Part shown: piece after piece, positions 13,269 through 27,530 of the stretch
Position numbering within the stretch: position 1 is the first letter of the stretch
Layout: every line of letters starts with the position of its first letter
Assembly: GCF_001194135.2 (NCBI RefSeq)
Contig: NC_068992.1
Span: forward strand, 29,612,446-29,676,445
Reading direction: 5' to 3'
DNA from: Octopus bimaculoides
Taxonomy: Eukaryota
DNA length: 64,000 nt
Made by a program: the position numbers and the translations under genes
Notes under the pieces: model-generated
What the model saw: the letters and a program-made list of their open reading frames with translations, nothing else
Told to the model about the DNA's origin: nothing
Databases searched by the model: none

Positions 13269-14572
13269 CATAAATTACTAAAAGTATAGATATGTTATGA
13301 GCGCAGATTATAGATATGTGACTATGATGTTCGGTTCGTAAGCACATCATTTGGTGACACTGAGCAATACGAGTCGATCAACGCCCGGTAAGAAAAAATT
13401 GTAGCTAGAAACGTTGTCAAAATACATAAGAACAATTGCGTCTTTTATTCGTTTTTACTTTCATTATCTCTGCATTGCTTTTAACAGACAATTCGGTGGT
13501 CTGCGTTAGCATTTTATCTTGTACATCGGGAAGCTGAAAGCAGTCATGTGTGCTGCACCTATTTCTCTACGTAGGTGATAAAAATAAGTCAAGAAAGAAC
13601 GACTTACGTGTCGCAGAAAATAAATACTATAATTCTGAGTAAATGCTATAAATATTTTTTAAGAAGACCTTTAAGCAATGCAGGTGCAAAGATAGGTAAC
13701 ATATGCAAAGAAGATATTTTATCACCCTACATAAGTTGCTCCGTTCGGAAAATCTTTTAATCAATTATAATACATAAAATAATCTAAGAGATTGGAGTGT
13801 TATTATCGGCAGGTCATTCTGGTGTGTTGTGACGGAAAGCAATGATGGATTACTGTATTTATATTTATGGCTAGTAAAGATAAATACTATCAGTAGTAGC
13901 AGCTAATGTGGTGTGTCATTAGAAGCAGTAGCAGGTATCCTGATAATTAGAATTTTTGTGGGTGTGCAAAGGAGTAGTGTGAAAAGCCACAGGAAAATAG
14001 CTGAACGAGAAGGTAAGATATTTAGATATTTACTATGTTTATGAAATAAATAAATAAATAAATAAGCGGTGATAAAATGAAGCAAAATAAGTTAGTAAAG
14101 TGTATAAAAGAGTGTTGAGAAAGATCACTGGGTAATATCTGAACTTTGCGGTATGCTTCCATAGCAGATTAACAGAAAGAAATTAACCGTGTTCGTAAAG
14201 GAAAAGTTATGTTAAGCTTTTAGGTGTTGTAAGGCATGATGTAACGATGTGGTGAATATGAGTGAGGAATAAGTAGAAAGAGAAGTAAATATGTATGTGT
14301 AAGAGGATGGTAAAGTGAAGTGGTTTGAAAAACCAGTCTTGCCTTTTCACTTTGGAACTCCTGTTAATACCTGCTCTATGTTACTTCATGCAAAAAAGAC
14401 TGCTTAATTCTCGAGTTACCAACATTTCGGTGAGATTCAATAGGTGTAGAGAAAAATTACATCTAGACTAAAAGTATGCCAGCTCTGCTTGCACTTAATT
14501 AGATGAAGTCTTTGTATAAACTCATCCGAACTTTCTCCATTAGCAGGAAAAGACCGTTGGACAATATCCCAA

Positions 14573-15800
14573 AATGTATTTACAGTACCAGAGCTGATCC
14601 CACCATTTGGGATACTTGATCGTTTTGTAGAGGAAATCCACTCCATAGGTATCAAAACCCGCAAAATCCTGACGACAACTGGGAACTATCACAGAAACAG
14701 TAATGTTGACACGCTTTACCTAAGACGGAATGAAGGTGGTAGAGGCCTGAGATAAGTGCTGACGGCCTTCGAATACTGTACGGTACCACTCAAACAGAAT
14801 TTGCTGAACAACAGCAGTGAAAATAAATATATAAATGCAGCGCTGAAAAGTGAAGTGAGCAACATTGTACCAGTTGGCAGTGAGCTCTTCAAGAAGCACT
14901 CTCTTCCTGTTGATCCCCAATACAGCCCCAAAACAGCTGGGCTCTCTTACCTCAGAGAAGACGTGGATGGAAAGCACTCAACATACGAAAAAAAAAAAAC
15001 TATGCATGGGTATGTTTCCCGGAAACCTGAAGAGAAGAGTAGAATAGACGCGATGCGCAGCTTCTCTTGGACACAAGACCACTACATCACATCACACTTT
15101 GAAGGCTATGCGTTTATATTCCAGGAACAGGAAATTGCCACAAAGTACCTGTTGAGCAAGAGATACAGTGACACTCTTGCAATCTCAAGGTGCAACCACA
15201 TATGTAGGCTATGTCAAGTTTCTGTGGGAGACATCATGCAGGTAATTAGCAGCTGTCCTAAAATGTTGTCAAGGTACTACCTCCATATGCGGCACGATGT
15301 TGTCGCTAAAACAATTTATAATTCCATCCGCAATAAAGACTCCTGAAATAAACTTCGAAAACCCCTCTGCTATGAAATAGATTCATAAGCACGAACTCAA
15401 GGAATACTGGTGTAATATTCTCATCAAAACTTCTGTCAAATGTACACATAACAGGCCAGTTATTGTTTGGGATATAGGGGCAAATGTATGTACCGTCATA
15501 GAGGTCAGCTGCCCTACAGATATATATATATATATATATATCTTTGAAAATCAAAGTAAAAGAGGATATTTATAGACAACTGCTTCGAAAACTCCAGCTT
15601 CTATATCCGGACTATGAATTCTTGTTAATAACAATAATAATTGGAACACTAGGTTTAGTTAGTAAACGCTTAAAGGAGAATCCGGATAAAATGCGATTTT
15701 CAGAAAGAGAAATAGACCGGCTAATTCGTACATTACAACTGCAATCTGTGAGTGGAACAGCAAAAATATGCAAGATTTTCTCAAGTTCCAAATATGAATT
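14573..15800 (+). mobile_element. R4/Dong-clade non-LTR retrotransposon 3' fragment (post-RT region, CCHC finger, restriction-like endonuclease); pseudogenised
   Basis: KTRKILT..GNYH..SNVDTLYL.R.EGGRGL, MHGY, QEQEIATK, CRLC, SSCPK, RHDVVAK, then HNRP.IVWD...VIEVSCP and IIIGTLG. One in-frame stop, frameshifts and an (AT)n expansion. Confidence 0.88.
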
Positions 15801-15979
15801 TTTCTTTATTAACTACATCCCAATGATGGAACCTTGTATCTTTGTTGGAAACCGGCTCCATCCTAAGTGGAAGATTTATAATAGTTAGAAAATAGAAGAG
15901 ACATACATATATGCACATAGATATGTGGACAGCAGGTACATTTCATTGTGTATCTATCTACCCCTCACTGTGTCCGTCC

Positions 15980-16012
<33 letters not shown>

Positions 16013-16054
16013 TCTGTCTATCTATCTATCTGTCTATTTAGACGGTTATAGACA

Positions 16055-16198
16055 TATGTTCAACTTTCGCCGAGGTCAGCTTTTCATTTCATCTTTTCGC
16101 GGTCGATGACGTTAGTACCAGTGAATCACTGGGTTGATATAACTGAGTACTCCTACTCTAAACTTTCTGGCCTTGTACCGAGAGTAGAAAGGATCAAT
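16055..16198 (+). mobile_element. Family-B SINE 3' part
   Basis: CGCCGAGGTCAGCTTTTCATTTCATC...GGCCTTGTACCGAGAGTAGAAAGG matches other family-B copies. Confidence 0.65.
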
Positions 16199-16225
16199 TA
16201 AGAGATGTATATTATTCGGTTAACC

Positions 16226-16335
16226 AACCTGGAGCTGAATTCTTAATCTATAATGCATCTCATAAGGAGAATAACGTGTGCTATTCATTGGATCAATCTG
16301 GAGCTAAATTCTTAATCTATAATGCTTCTCACAAG
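16226..16335. repeat. Local 41-bp direct duplication (period 69)
   Basis: 16226-16266 vs 16295-16335, 37/41 identical. Confidence 0.85.
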
Positions 16336-17474
16336 ACGTACTCATTGTATCTATAACAATTTCACAGTGATAGAAATTTTCCTAGAGGTATATCATTTCC
16401 GGTTCATAAAGAATTAAAAATATCTGACGATCAGTTCAAGACATACAGCTGAAGAACTAGTAGTACAAGCAAGGAACACGGAATTAGTGTCTGTCTGGTG
16501 CAATTTCTGCCATTGACTGCTTGGTGGATGTCAATTATCATACATTATTATTATTTTAGGAAATAGCCTAATGTTACAATATCTTATTTCTCTACAACCG
16601 TAGTGAAATAAGTTTTCTATGCGAAATCAAAGAAAACATAAGAACATTATGGTGTAAATTTTTAATGCTTTTTTTGTAAGTGCAATCTCAACTTTTAGAA
16701 CGAAATGTGATTGTGTTAACAGGATCTGTACTGTATATAACTGGTACTTCTTTCAGCATTTAAGAGCATAAATATGTTATAGCTGTTTAGGTTTCTATAA
16801 AACATTAGGCCCAGTGTAAAAAAAAAACAAAAAAACAAAAACAAAAAAAAATGAATAATAAACACACGAGAACAGTAGTCTTTGACATTCAGATTAATGT
16901 AACTCATTTAATACGTGGGATGACAAGCTGTCAGTTTTAGTTTATGTATGGAGGTATAAATGTGTATATATATATATATATATATATGCATGTGTGTGTT
17001 TACGTGTATATGTACCTCTGTGTGTATATATACATATCTGTCTCGACACACATACACATACACAAACACAAACTAACACGCATAAGTATATAAATGTTTC
17101 TCACTGCATTGATATCTTATCAATATAAACTTGATTTGTCGATTTTCTCTTTTCAGAAAATGATCATAATTTATCAAATATTTCTCTATACTCATTTGAG
17201 GGTTCTATTGAATAATAAAAGAAAATGAACGAAATAAATTTGAAAATTCATAATTGCAATTCAATTCTCACAAGAAATCTATTCTTTGCCTATACGTATA
17301 ACCTCGTACACTCACACGGACATATGCAGACATCTATTAAGAGAAATTTTCTTTAACTTTCACTACGTATAACTCATTCTCTTACACAATAAACATAAGT
17401 GTTTGAACATATGTTTTTTATGGTTTTACGTACATACATATATACACACACATACATACATATATGTATATTTA

Positions 17475-17477
<3 letters not shown>

Positions 17478-17540
<63 letters not shown>
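17478..17540. repeat. (TATC)n microsatellite within a compound TA/CA/TG tract
   Basis: Directly visible. Confidence 0.9.
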
Positions 17541-17541
<1 letters not shown>

Positions 17542-19676
17542 ATATATGTATATATATAAACATATGTATATACATATATATGTGTGTGTGTATGTATAGA
17601 TATATATGTAGATATATGCGTTCAGATATACATACATTATGTGTCGTATACTCGTGTCCGTTATATGATAATGTAGTCTTGTTTATATAGGAAACACTGA
17701 TTTTAAAATATTGCTACTATCGTTAGTATAGTGTTCAGCTATCGATACTTATGAAATATTCATCTACATAATAACGATATCTTACTCAGCTGGTTCAATA
17801 CTATTGAAGTGTCTGTGATGTTTAAGCTACTTCGTATTTTATTTCTTGTTTAATATCTCATATCTAATAAATCTTGAAAATCATAGAAAAAACATTGAAA
17901 AGAATCTTTCAAATTGTAATATATTTTCAAAAAGTATAAATCAAAATAAAAAAAACAAAATTAAAACGAGCAAAAAAATGTCTTTTTCTGAAATAATCTG
18001 ATTAACCCATAATAAGTATATAATTAATTGTAACTGTGTGTGTGAGTAATGAGAGATAGATATAGGTGAGGGATAAAAACTCTGAAGTAAGATGTCCTGA
18101 AAAAAGGGACTAGCAAGCGATAAGAGAGGAGTGTGTATGTATCAAAAGTTTGAATCATAATGTCGTATCACTGAACTGTTACTCTGAATTTCTTGAGAAA
18201 AGACATCATATGATGAATTAACCATACTCTTTATGAATACGCAGATCACCTTTTGTAACTTCTCATATATATCTGAATGTTCAAAGTAGAAATTGGCTTA
18301 TATTTTGTTAACAATGGACGAAATTTCAGGGTGGTTCTATTATGCTCGAATTTGTATGTATTTTAATTTGTTTGAGGACCATGCAGTTTTAATGAGATGT
18401 CTGTGTATAAATATGAAAATTTAAGCTGTCAACTCCAGCACAGTTGCCCTAAGTGTATTGAAGGCTTTCACTTACCCTAGGAACACCCATAGAAAAAGCG
18501 TAAAACTTCCTATTTTCATGAAAAAAATATCATAGAACTGCGCAAATGTATGAAACAAAATGTTCTTTAAAAATATATAAATCAATATAGGTGCGTATAT
18601 GTGTGCGCGCTTGTGTGTTTGTGTGTGTGTGGGGTGGGAGGGGGTGATTGTACGTGAATATGATTACGATTATGTATTCTTGTACAAACCGATTTGAGGG
18701 TTTGTATTGAAATAATGTCAAAAAGGTTACTTAGCCAAGCGATGAAGAGAAAGAAGTAAAATAAGTACTGAGGTCAATATGATTTGCTTAAAAATGCTGA
18801 GGCCTCTACAGTAGTATATTTCCTGAGAGTGTCTGAGTGAAACTGAAAAAATATCAAAATATTTTATATGGACGTTGGTCAGAATTTCCGATGATGAGTT
18901 TACACTTGATTGGCCACTCTACTTCCTGGCTTATTCAATTACTTTTGTTTTATCATAAAATACTCGACAGACACGTGTAACCTTAACATAGTCTCCAGCT
19001 GGAATCACTTTGGCTCAGAGTAACAGAACTTTCACGCCCTACTTCCCCTTGTAATTTTTAGTTCCGAATAAATTCCATCGTAAGATCAGAAGGTCTTTCT
19101 CACAGGTTCTGTGTATTCAATTTCACTCAAAAATTATGGATCGACGCGAGGTTATACAAAAAAAAAAAAAAATGTCTGAGAATCCACAATTGGGCATCGA
19201 ACCCGAATAGTTGTGATTCAGAGGTAACTTGTTAGTCATTTGGTCATACTGAGTCATCGCACACATGCAAACTCATAACCACATATGAAAGTTCTACGAC
19301 AGTAATTCAGAATATGCTCTGTTTTATAGAAATACTTCTCAGTTATTTTAGGTATGAAACACAGTACTTTACGCATCCAGGTGAACTTAGTTAGAAAATA
19401 AGTTCCGAGAGTCGATCGATGGACTGTCACTTGCAGTCTCTTGTCCATATGAGCCTAACAAAATTCTATGCAAAGACTAATGTCTTGTGTTTTGAGTATT
19501 ATATCTTTTTTTTTATCAATAATTGCGCTTTTCAATACCGATGTATTCTGATAGGCACATACGCAGACACACTCATGTAAACACGCCCATACATATGCAT
19601 ATGCAAGTATAAGTATATACGTGCATATGTGAACAGCATCAGCAAAATGATATATTTAGACACTTGCGAATTATTA

Positions 19677-19871
19677 TTTTCTACTCTAGGCTAAAGGCCT
19701 GAAATTTTGCGGGAAGGAGCCAGTCGATTAGATTGACCCAGTACGCAACTGGCTTTTAATTTATTGAAAGGATAAAGGCAAAGTCTACCCCATCGGAATT
19801 CGAACTCGGAACGTAGCAGCAGATGAGAAAGACTGCTAAGTATTTCGTCCGGCGTGCCAGCTCACCGCCTT
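19677..19871 (-). mobile_element. Family-B SINE with TSD
   Basis: Head GGCGGTGAGCTGGCA and B-box-like GTTCCGAGTTCGAATTCC. 17-bp TSD ACACTTG(C/T)GAATTATTA at 19660-19676 and 19872-19888. Confidence 0.88.
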
Positions 19872-20344
19872 ACACTTGTGAATTATTACTAAAACTATGA
19901 CAGTCTCATGGAATCGAAGATGACTTGGCAGCATGCATTAAGATTTCATTGAATCTTTACGTGCTTAGGCAATGGAAAGAGGTGAGAGGGTGAAAGTGAC
20001 AGGGAGAAAGAACGTGAGAGGGAGAGACAAGAAAGAAAAGAGTTGGGAGAGAGATCCTCTTGAACGTGTTTCACTTGACTCAGAGGAACCTTATGAATAA
20101 AGGTAACAGCAATAAACTAACACATACACATACACACACACGTGTGCATGTATGTATGTATGTATATATGTATGTATGTGCATGTGTGTGTCTGCATGTG
20201 TACGAATGTGCATATATGTGCATGAGAGAGAGAGAGACGGATGAAGATGCAGTGTATGTACATAACTGAATATTTTTTGCTGATATATATCTACGAAGGA
20301 TAAATTATTATCCAAGAAGCTCAGAAAAGACTCCAAGTTTTGCG

Positions 20345-20470
20345 AATGAATTCGTTTGAGGTATCTGCTTTGTCTCGACTTGAATACCTCTATACACGAT
20401 ACTGTCGTCGTCCAAGGATTCGCTCATTCGAAATCTACATTGAGGATGTTGTTCAAAGTTTAGACATAGA
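20345..20470 (-). mobile_element. RTE-like LINE fragment
   Basis: Frameshifted NNILNV / SNERILGR / SCIEVFKSRQ resembles the RTE post-RT motif ILNIxWQDxISNxxIL. Confidence 0.4.
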
Positions 20471-21599
20471 AAATAAATCTATTTTTCTGCTATTTATTCT
20501 AACTGTGCTACATTTATCTTCACAAGATATTTGGTTAGTGATTTACAGCAGCAAGACAGGTTACGCTCCATGTATAAATATTAAACATTATATACTATAT
20601 ATTCTAATGTCCAAGTAGCAAACCGACCAGTAACCCGGTAATCAATAGATCCGGCTCTTTTCTATCTCAAATTGGTATATAATCAATTCATATAAATTTA
20701 TCCGTATCAATTTCATTATATATTGCTTCCTCTCAAAGAAATGAATTGGTGTATAGCCGATTCATATAAATTAACCATATCTGTGATATTTTCAGCTATA
20801 CAGTTTAAAAGAGAGGCTACACCTGACAGTTACAAATTTAAAAATAACTATGACCGGTGTCTGCATCCATTCTTCCATAAAGCACTAAATATTTTAGTTA
20901 ATATTTATAATATAAAGTAAGAACTATTGAATGTAAACTATGTGAAATGCTTCAGAACTTTTGTTGTTTTTGTTTTGCGCTATCAAATACAACATCACAG
21001 GTGGATTGAATTACCAAGTACATGAGAGTGAGGAAATATTTCTACAGCATTTGGTTTTTTCGTATAGGACAAAGTATGTTCTGTGTATGAAGTGTCAGAT
21101 GAAGCTAGGCCTCAATCTTAGTATGCTAACAACTTATCACAAAATTATTGATTGAAAGGAAAGAAACTACATGGGATATGACAGTGGCTATGTACTTGGG
21201 AAGTTCGCTTCCCAACCATGCAGCTTCGCGTTGTTCCTCTGCAGGGCACCTTAGTCAGGCATCTTGCACAATAATTCAGATGACCAATGACTTATAATTG
21301 AATTGGGCAGAGGAATCGGTGCATGTTTGTGTGTGATTCATTAAATATAAGACTGCACGCAAGTTCTATCTTTTTTTTTTGTATCATATTCTGGCATTTT
21401 CTTATTGCAGATTCCCGTGACAAACTGTTTGGAATTGTATATTTCTACGGAGAACAGCTGCTTTACTAGACATTTTTTCTTCATAGTTAAGCTCTAAAAT
21501 GGCTGTAATCCAATAACTAAGAAAGGTGAAATTGAAGTAGATAGTATTTTTGGTGGGTACTTGTTGCTTAATAGATTGTAACTGAGCTTGATCAGTTTT

Positions 21600-22375
<776 letters not shown>

Positions 22376-23155
22376 GTGTCATCTCTTCTTGAAATGCTAG
22401 ACTCAGCGCGTCACATATTTTACTATTAGTAGTTCACTCCGTCGGAAACATTTGAGCAAGCTGTCTGATCTGGGGGTAACTGTTCTCCTTCCTGCCAACT
22501 TTCCCTTTAAAAAGAGTATTAATGCTACACCTCCATATTTGACTATATCATAAAAAATTGTAGATTGTAGTAAGAGGCTGATTTGTTTCTATTACGAGCG
22601 GGTCGAATGATAACGTAGAGTCTTTCTTCTGAGTCATAAAAGCTACTACAGTATCTACAGGTGTCAATGTCGAGCGACTACTAAATGCTTGTAATAAATT
22701 ATAACATATTGATTTTCCTTGCTACTACTACTGATCGTTTACAGAAAGTCTCAGAAATGAATATCTGAAAAAGCAAGTGAAAGTAACAACGTCATAACTC
22801 TTTGGTTCTAGAAATATATGCTGTGTCTCAAAAAATAGGTAATATCTATGCTGTCAATTCATATATTATTATTTTCCATTGATTCGTATTTCCTGTACAA
22901 ATTTTTCTTCGAAGATTCATGTATGGATGTTTCCATATTCGCTTTCATGTGGTCTTGTCATCAGAATCTATTACATGCCGAAAGATGTAGGCATTTTCCT
23001 TTCAAAGATTTATACATGATTTCTTATAAAATGATCTTGAATGAACATCTATCTATCCATCTATCTATACACACAAAGGCCCACACACTCGCACAAACAG
23101 GCACACACACATACCCCACCCAGTATATAAACAGACACACTGAGATCACACACAC

Positions 23156-23215
<60 letters not shown>

Positions 23216-23644
23216 GTATCGTTGTCATTATGTTAAACTGTCGTATATCCAAATTTGGCTAATTAGTTACGAGGGAAACAATATCTTTTTTGGGTTGCAA
23301 TAGCCAGTTCTTTTGCTCAAACTATCGCATCTCCAGCTGCTTCAGATGCCAAAATACCAAAAATTGTCAAAATGTAGCACAACGGTTTTGCTATGAAAAT
23401 TTTGTTTCGTTTCCTGAAAAAGCAGCGCTTTTCGTCTAACGACACTTTTACATAATAGCAACGACACACAGACACAGACACAGATACACATACATGCACA
23501 CATGCACGCAAACACACACACACAAACACACTCACACACACACATATATATCTATGTATGCATATATATATGTATGTAGGGAAAGAGAGGGAGAGAGTGA
23601 AAAGGATGGAGAGATAGATAGATAGATAGATAGATAGATACCTA

Positions 23645-24050
23645 ATTCTCCCCCTTGTGGGTTTTCCAATATCCTGCAGCCGAAATCTTTACCGTGTTCT
23701 TGGCATGGTAGGCTACGTGATTGTCCAAAATACAACCCCAGCTTCCAAGTCGAAGTGGTGGCTGACTCTCTCTCTTGCGGACCTCTACTGATGTGGGTGC
23801 TGTACCGTACCGTTTGTTATTGCAGCCAAGCTTAATATCCGTACCATCAAGCATCAGTAGGCGATCAACTAGGAAGAGATTTGCGAGGCAGCCTCATCAA
23901 CGACCATATCTCGTTGCACTATTGCAAACCGATTGGTATTTGAAGAGGAGGCTCAGTGAAGCAGTCTAGTGGAGGACGAACCTAACTGCCTAACTCATCG
24001 TTCTGTTTACAACAGCGTCGACCTACACCCGACAGCCGACAACGATATTT
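23645..24050 (-). mobile_element. RTE-like LINE 5'/AP-endonuclease-start fragment
   Basis: RKRESQPPLRLGSW resembles LRLASWNV, and FGQSRSLPCQEHGKDF resembles FWQGK...REHGVGF. Confidence 0.45.
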
Positions 24051-24429
24051 AATTCTTACGAGGGAAACTTTGCAGTGGAGCAAAGAAGGTATATCATTCC
24101 TAATTCAAACGATCTGCTCTATCACACACTATCTCATACTAATTCTGCCTGAGAGTAATGTTATGGGCAAAATACACTGCGGAATATTCAGCCACATACT
24201 CTATAATTGCAAGCGTTGGAATATATCTTGGACGAACTACTACGATGCATTTTGTCTTAAGAGACAGTGGCTCCATTTATATTCAATGTATATGAATCTT
24301 GAATACACAATGGAAAAAGCCAATACGAAATTAATGACTCGATGACTGCTTCGTATTTACCAATTAAAATATTCTAGTCATTGCAGGTGTCTATGTGATA
24401 TAGACTTCAAAATATATCTCTATATTTCT

Positions 24430-24435
24430 ATTGTC

Positions 24436-24486
<51 letters not shown>

Positions 24487-24523
24487 GCCTCTCTCTCTCT
24501 ATCTCTCTATCTCTCTATCTATG

Positions 24524-24577
<54 letters not shown>

Positions 24578-24613
24578 CCTCGTATTTCGCTTTCATTCTT
24601 CTACGTTCTATAC

Positions 24614-24660
<47 letters not shown>
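24430..24660. repeat. Compound (TGTC)n/(TC)n/(TATC)n microsatellite
   Basis: Directly visible. Confidence 0.95.
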
Positions 24661-24993
24661 ATATTTGTCTATATATGTCAGTATCTATCTAAGCAGACTC
24701 ACACATACAACCACGCACACACAGATGTGCATGTACACGAACACACACACATATGTAATTAAATGTCTACACACCCAAACATATATTTCTGCTAAGAAAA
24801 AATATTCGGAATCTCAGTAAATGTGGAATATTTGTTCACCAAATAACGCACCAAAAGTTTTACATGAGAATATATTTTGAGTGAATGCTGTCTGCCCATT
24901 AGAAAGGAGCACAACTATTAGAGGGAGATTGAAATGCTAGAATATCATTCTTGATATCCACCTACTTCTATTATATATATATAAACATGCCTT

Positions 24994-25094
<101 letters not shown>

Positions 25095-25999
25095 AGACAC
25101 ACAGACACACACACACATACGCACACACACATACGCACACACACACACGTACGCATACACACACATACATAAGAGTATTAAAGCATGTTTGTTTGGTAAG
25201 AAGATTACAGCTCATTAACATGTTTCAGGGTTCGGTTGCATCTTGGGTAAATGTAATCTACAATAGTTCCGATCAGTCCAAAGATTGTAAGTAGATTTTC
25301 GAGAGTGAAATTGAAAGTGTGTATATGTTTACTTGTCCCTAAACTACTTGCAAACTCATGTTAGTGTGTTTATCTTCCCATAACTTACATGTGCAACAAA
25401 ACTACCAGGTGTACAAATCAGTAAGTGGAGTAGCAGTTTGTTCCACTAAGCCCTTTGAGGCAGTCCCCTACAATGCCCGTAGTCCAGTGGCTGAAACTGG
25501 TGAAAAATGCATTTTCAGATGTATTTATTTTCCTATATGTATAATTACTTTCTGGGTTAACAAGGCTACCGTCGCTTTCATGCAGAAATCCTCAGCAGTT
25601 ATCAAACCTGCTATATTGGGAAGATAGTACTCGTCTTTATCTTGGATGAGAGTACAATATTTCTATTTCTATGTTTATATATTAAAATTAAAATTTATAT
25701 TTATAAATTTGAATGTGGTAAGAACTAATGTAAGGAAGATAACAGCTATAAGTTATCCTTGATCTGTATATTTATATCTTTATTCTAATATCTCGCACTG
25801 TCCCGTGTAGCTTCGTTGAATTCTCATTCAAGATGCAGACGAGTACCAACGTCCAAATGTGGAAGACTTGATAATTGCTGAGAATTCGCAGGATCAATAC
25901 ATTGGTAGCCTTTTTACCACGCAACTAAAAGAATATTTATCTACCAATGCGTGTTGAGCACTCAATCTCACTGTTCGATATTTGTGTTTTATATATATA

Positions 26000-26470
26000 C
26001 TAGCAGTATAACCCGACCTTGTCCGGGTGTGACTTATTATGCCATCTACGACAAGTCTTGTTAGCTGAAAATCAACTACAAAAGAAAGCCTTACAATGAA
26101 AAAACCCTTATGATGTAAATATGTTCAAAATTCAAAAGACGATGAAATTAATAGGGAAAGTCTGAAGGCTATTTTGCGTAAAATTATTAAGCATACGTAA
26201 ATTTCATCCGTGTAATTGACTATAGAAATGCTTGTGCAAAACAACGTTTTGCGCTGCCCTGATTATACATAGTAGGGTAATCCCTTTTCACAGGAGCTAG
26301 GATGGCAATTTGTGATGAAGCAATTGCTGGCGATCTGTTGCTAAACAGTTTTGCCAGAATTCTATCAGATTGGGCAGAAGGTGTTGATGCACCATTTTGC
26401 ATTATGTTCAAAGTAGCTACTGGAATGTGGTGAATTGCTGCAGTCTGTGGCTGTCATTTTAAACCGGTTG
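26000..26470 (-). mobile_element. Helitron-like 3' end
   Basis: Minus strand hairpin ACCCGGACAAGGTCGGGT ends 7 nt before terminal CTAG, followed by host T. Weak helicase-like peptide LAK..S....AIASS.IA.LAP upstream. Confidence 0.5.
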
Positions 26471-27379
26471 AGTTATATTTTACTGAATGATTGTGTACTT
26501 GCACGTGTATGCTTTTGAGAGAGCGAGNNNNNNNNNNNNNNNNNNNNNNNNNNNNNNNNNNNNNNNNNNNNNNNNNNNNNNNNNNNNNNNNNNNNNNNNN
26601 NNNNNNNNNNNNNNNNNNNNNNNNNNNNNNNNNNNNNNNNNNNNNNNNNNNNNNNNNNNNNNNNNNNNNNNNNNNNNNNNNNNNNNNNNNNNNNNNNNNN
26701 NNNNNNNNNNNNNNNNNNNNNNNNNNNNNNNNNNNNNNNNNNNNNNNNNNNNNNNNNNNNNNNNNNNNNNNNNNNNNNNNNNNNNNNNNNNNNNNNNNNN
26801 NNNNNNNNNNNNNNNNNNNNNNNNNNNNNNNNNNNNNNNNNNNNNNNNNNNNNNNNNNNNNNNNNNNNNNNNNNNNNNNNNNNNNNNNNNNNNNNNNNNN
26901 NNNNNNNNNNNNNNNNNNNNNNNNNNNNNNNNNNNNNNNNNNNNNNNNNNNNNNNNNNNNNNNNNNNNNNNNNNNNNNNNNNNNNNNNNNNNNNNNNNNN
27001 NNNNNNNNNNNNNNNNNNNNNNNNNNNNNNNNNNNNNNNNNNNNNNNNNNNNNNNNNNNNNNNGAGAGAGCGAGAGAGGAAGAGGGGAGAAATGAATAGA
27101 GATTGAGAGCAATGTGTATGTTGTTGTCACAAGTCATGTATGTGTGTTTTTACGTATCTATGTTATGAAAAATAGGTAAAGAATACTGAGATGAAAGTTT
27201 AATCTATGACGTTGTATGTATCACTTTCTCTCTCTCTCCCTCTCCCTCTTTTACTCTTACTCTCTATATTTTTATGTTGAGCGCGTGTGTAAGAATGGCG
27301 TTCCAGGTAGAAGGGATAAAATATAAAAGTTGCTAGAAACAACAGCCAAATCTCCCTTAAATCACACAAAGTAAACGGA

Positions 27380-27530
27380 ATTTTAAAAATCTAATTACTG
27401 GACTGAAAATTTCACATCGAGAAAATTCCATTGATGTAAAAATGTTTACGAAAAAGGGGAAAATGTGGATTTCTATGAACTTTCAAAAAAGCTTCACACA
27501 GACACACAACTTCAGATTTATATATTAAGA
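27380..27530 (-). mobile_element. Helitron-like 5' end
   Basis: Minus strand A|TCTTAATATATAAATCTG (5' TC after host A); shares a GATGTAAA.ATGTT segment with about 26110-26130. Confidence 0.42.

Noticed and set aside
14756-15346. 196-aa ORF, the longest low-repeat ORF
   Set aside because: Not a host gene; it is part of a stop- and frameshift-disrupted R4 retrotransposon
26454-27137. Long X-containing ORFs here and at 42799-43468, 45034-45718, 60812-61718 and 62570-63418
   Set aside because: They are open only because N-gaps and dinucleotide repeats contain no stop codons
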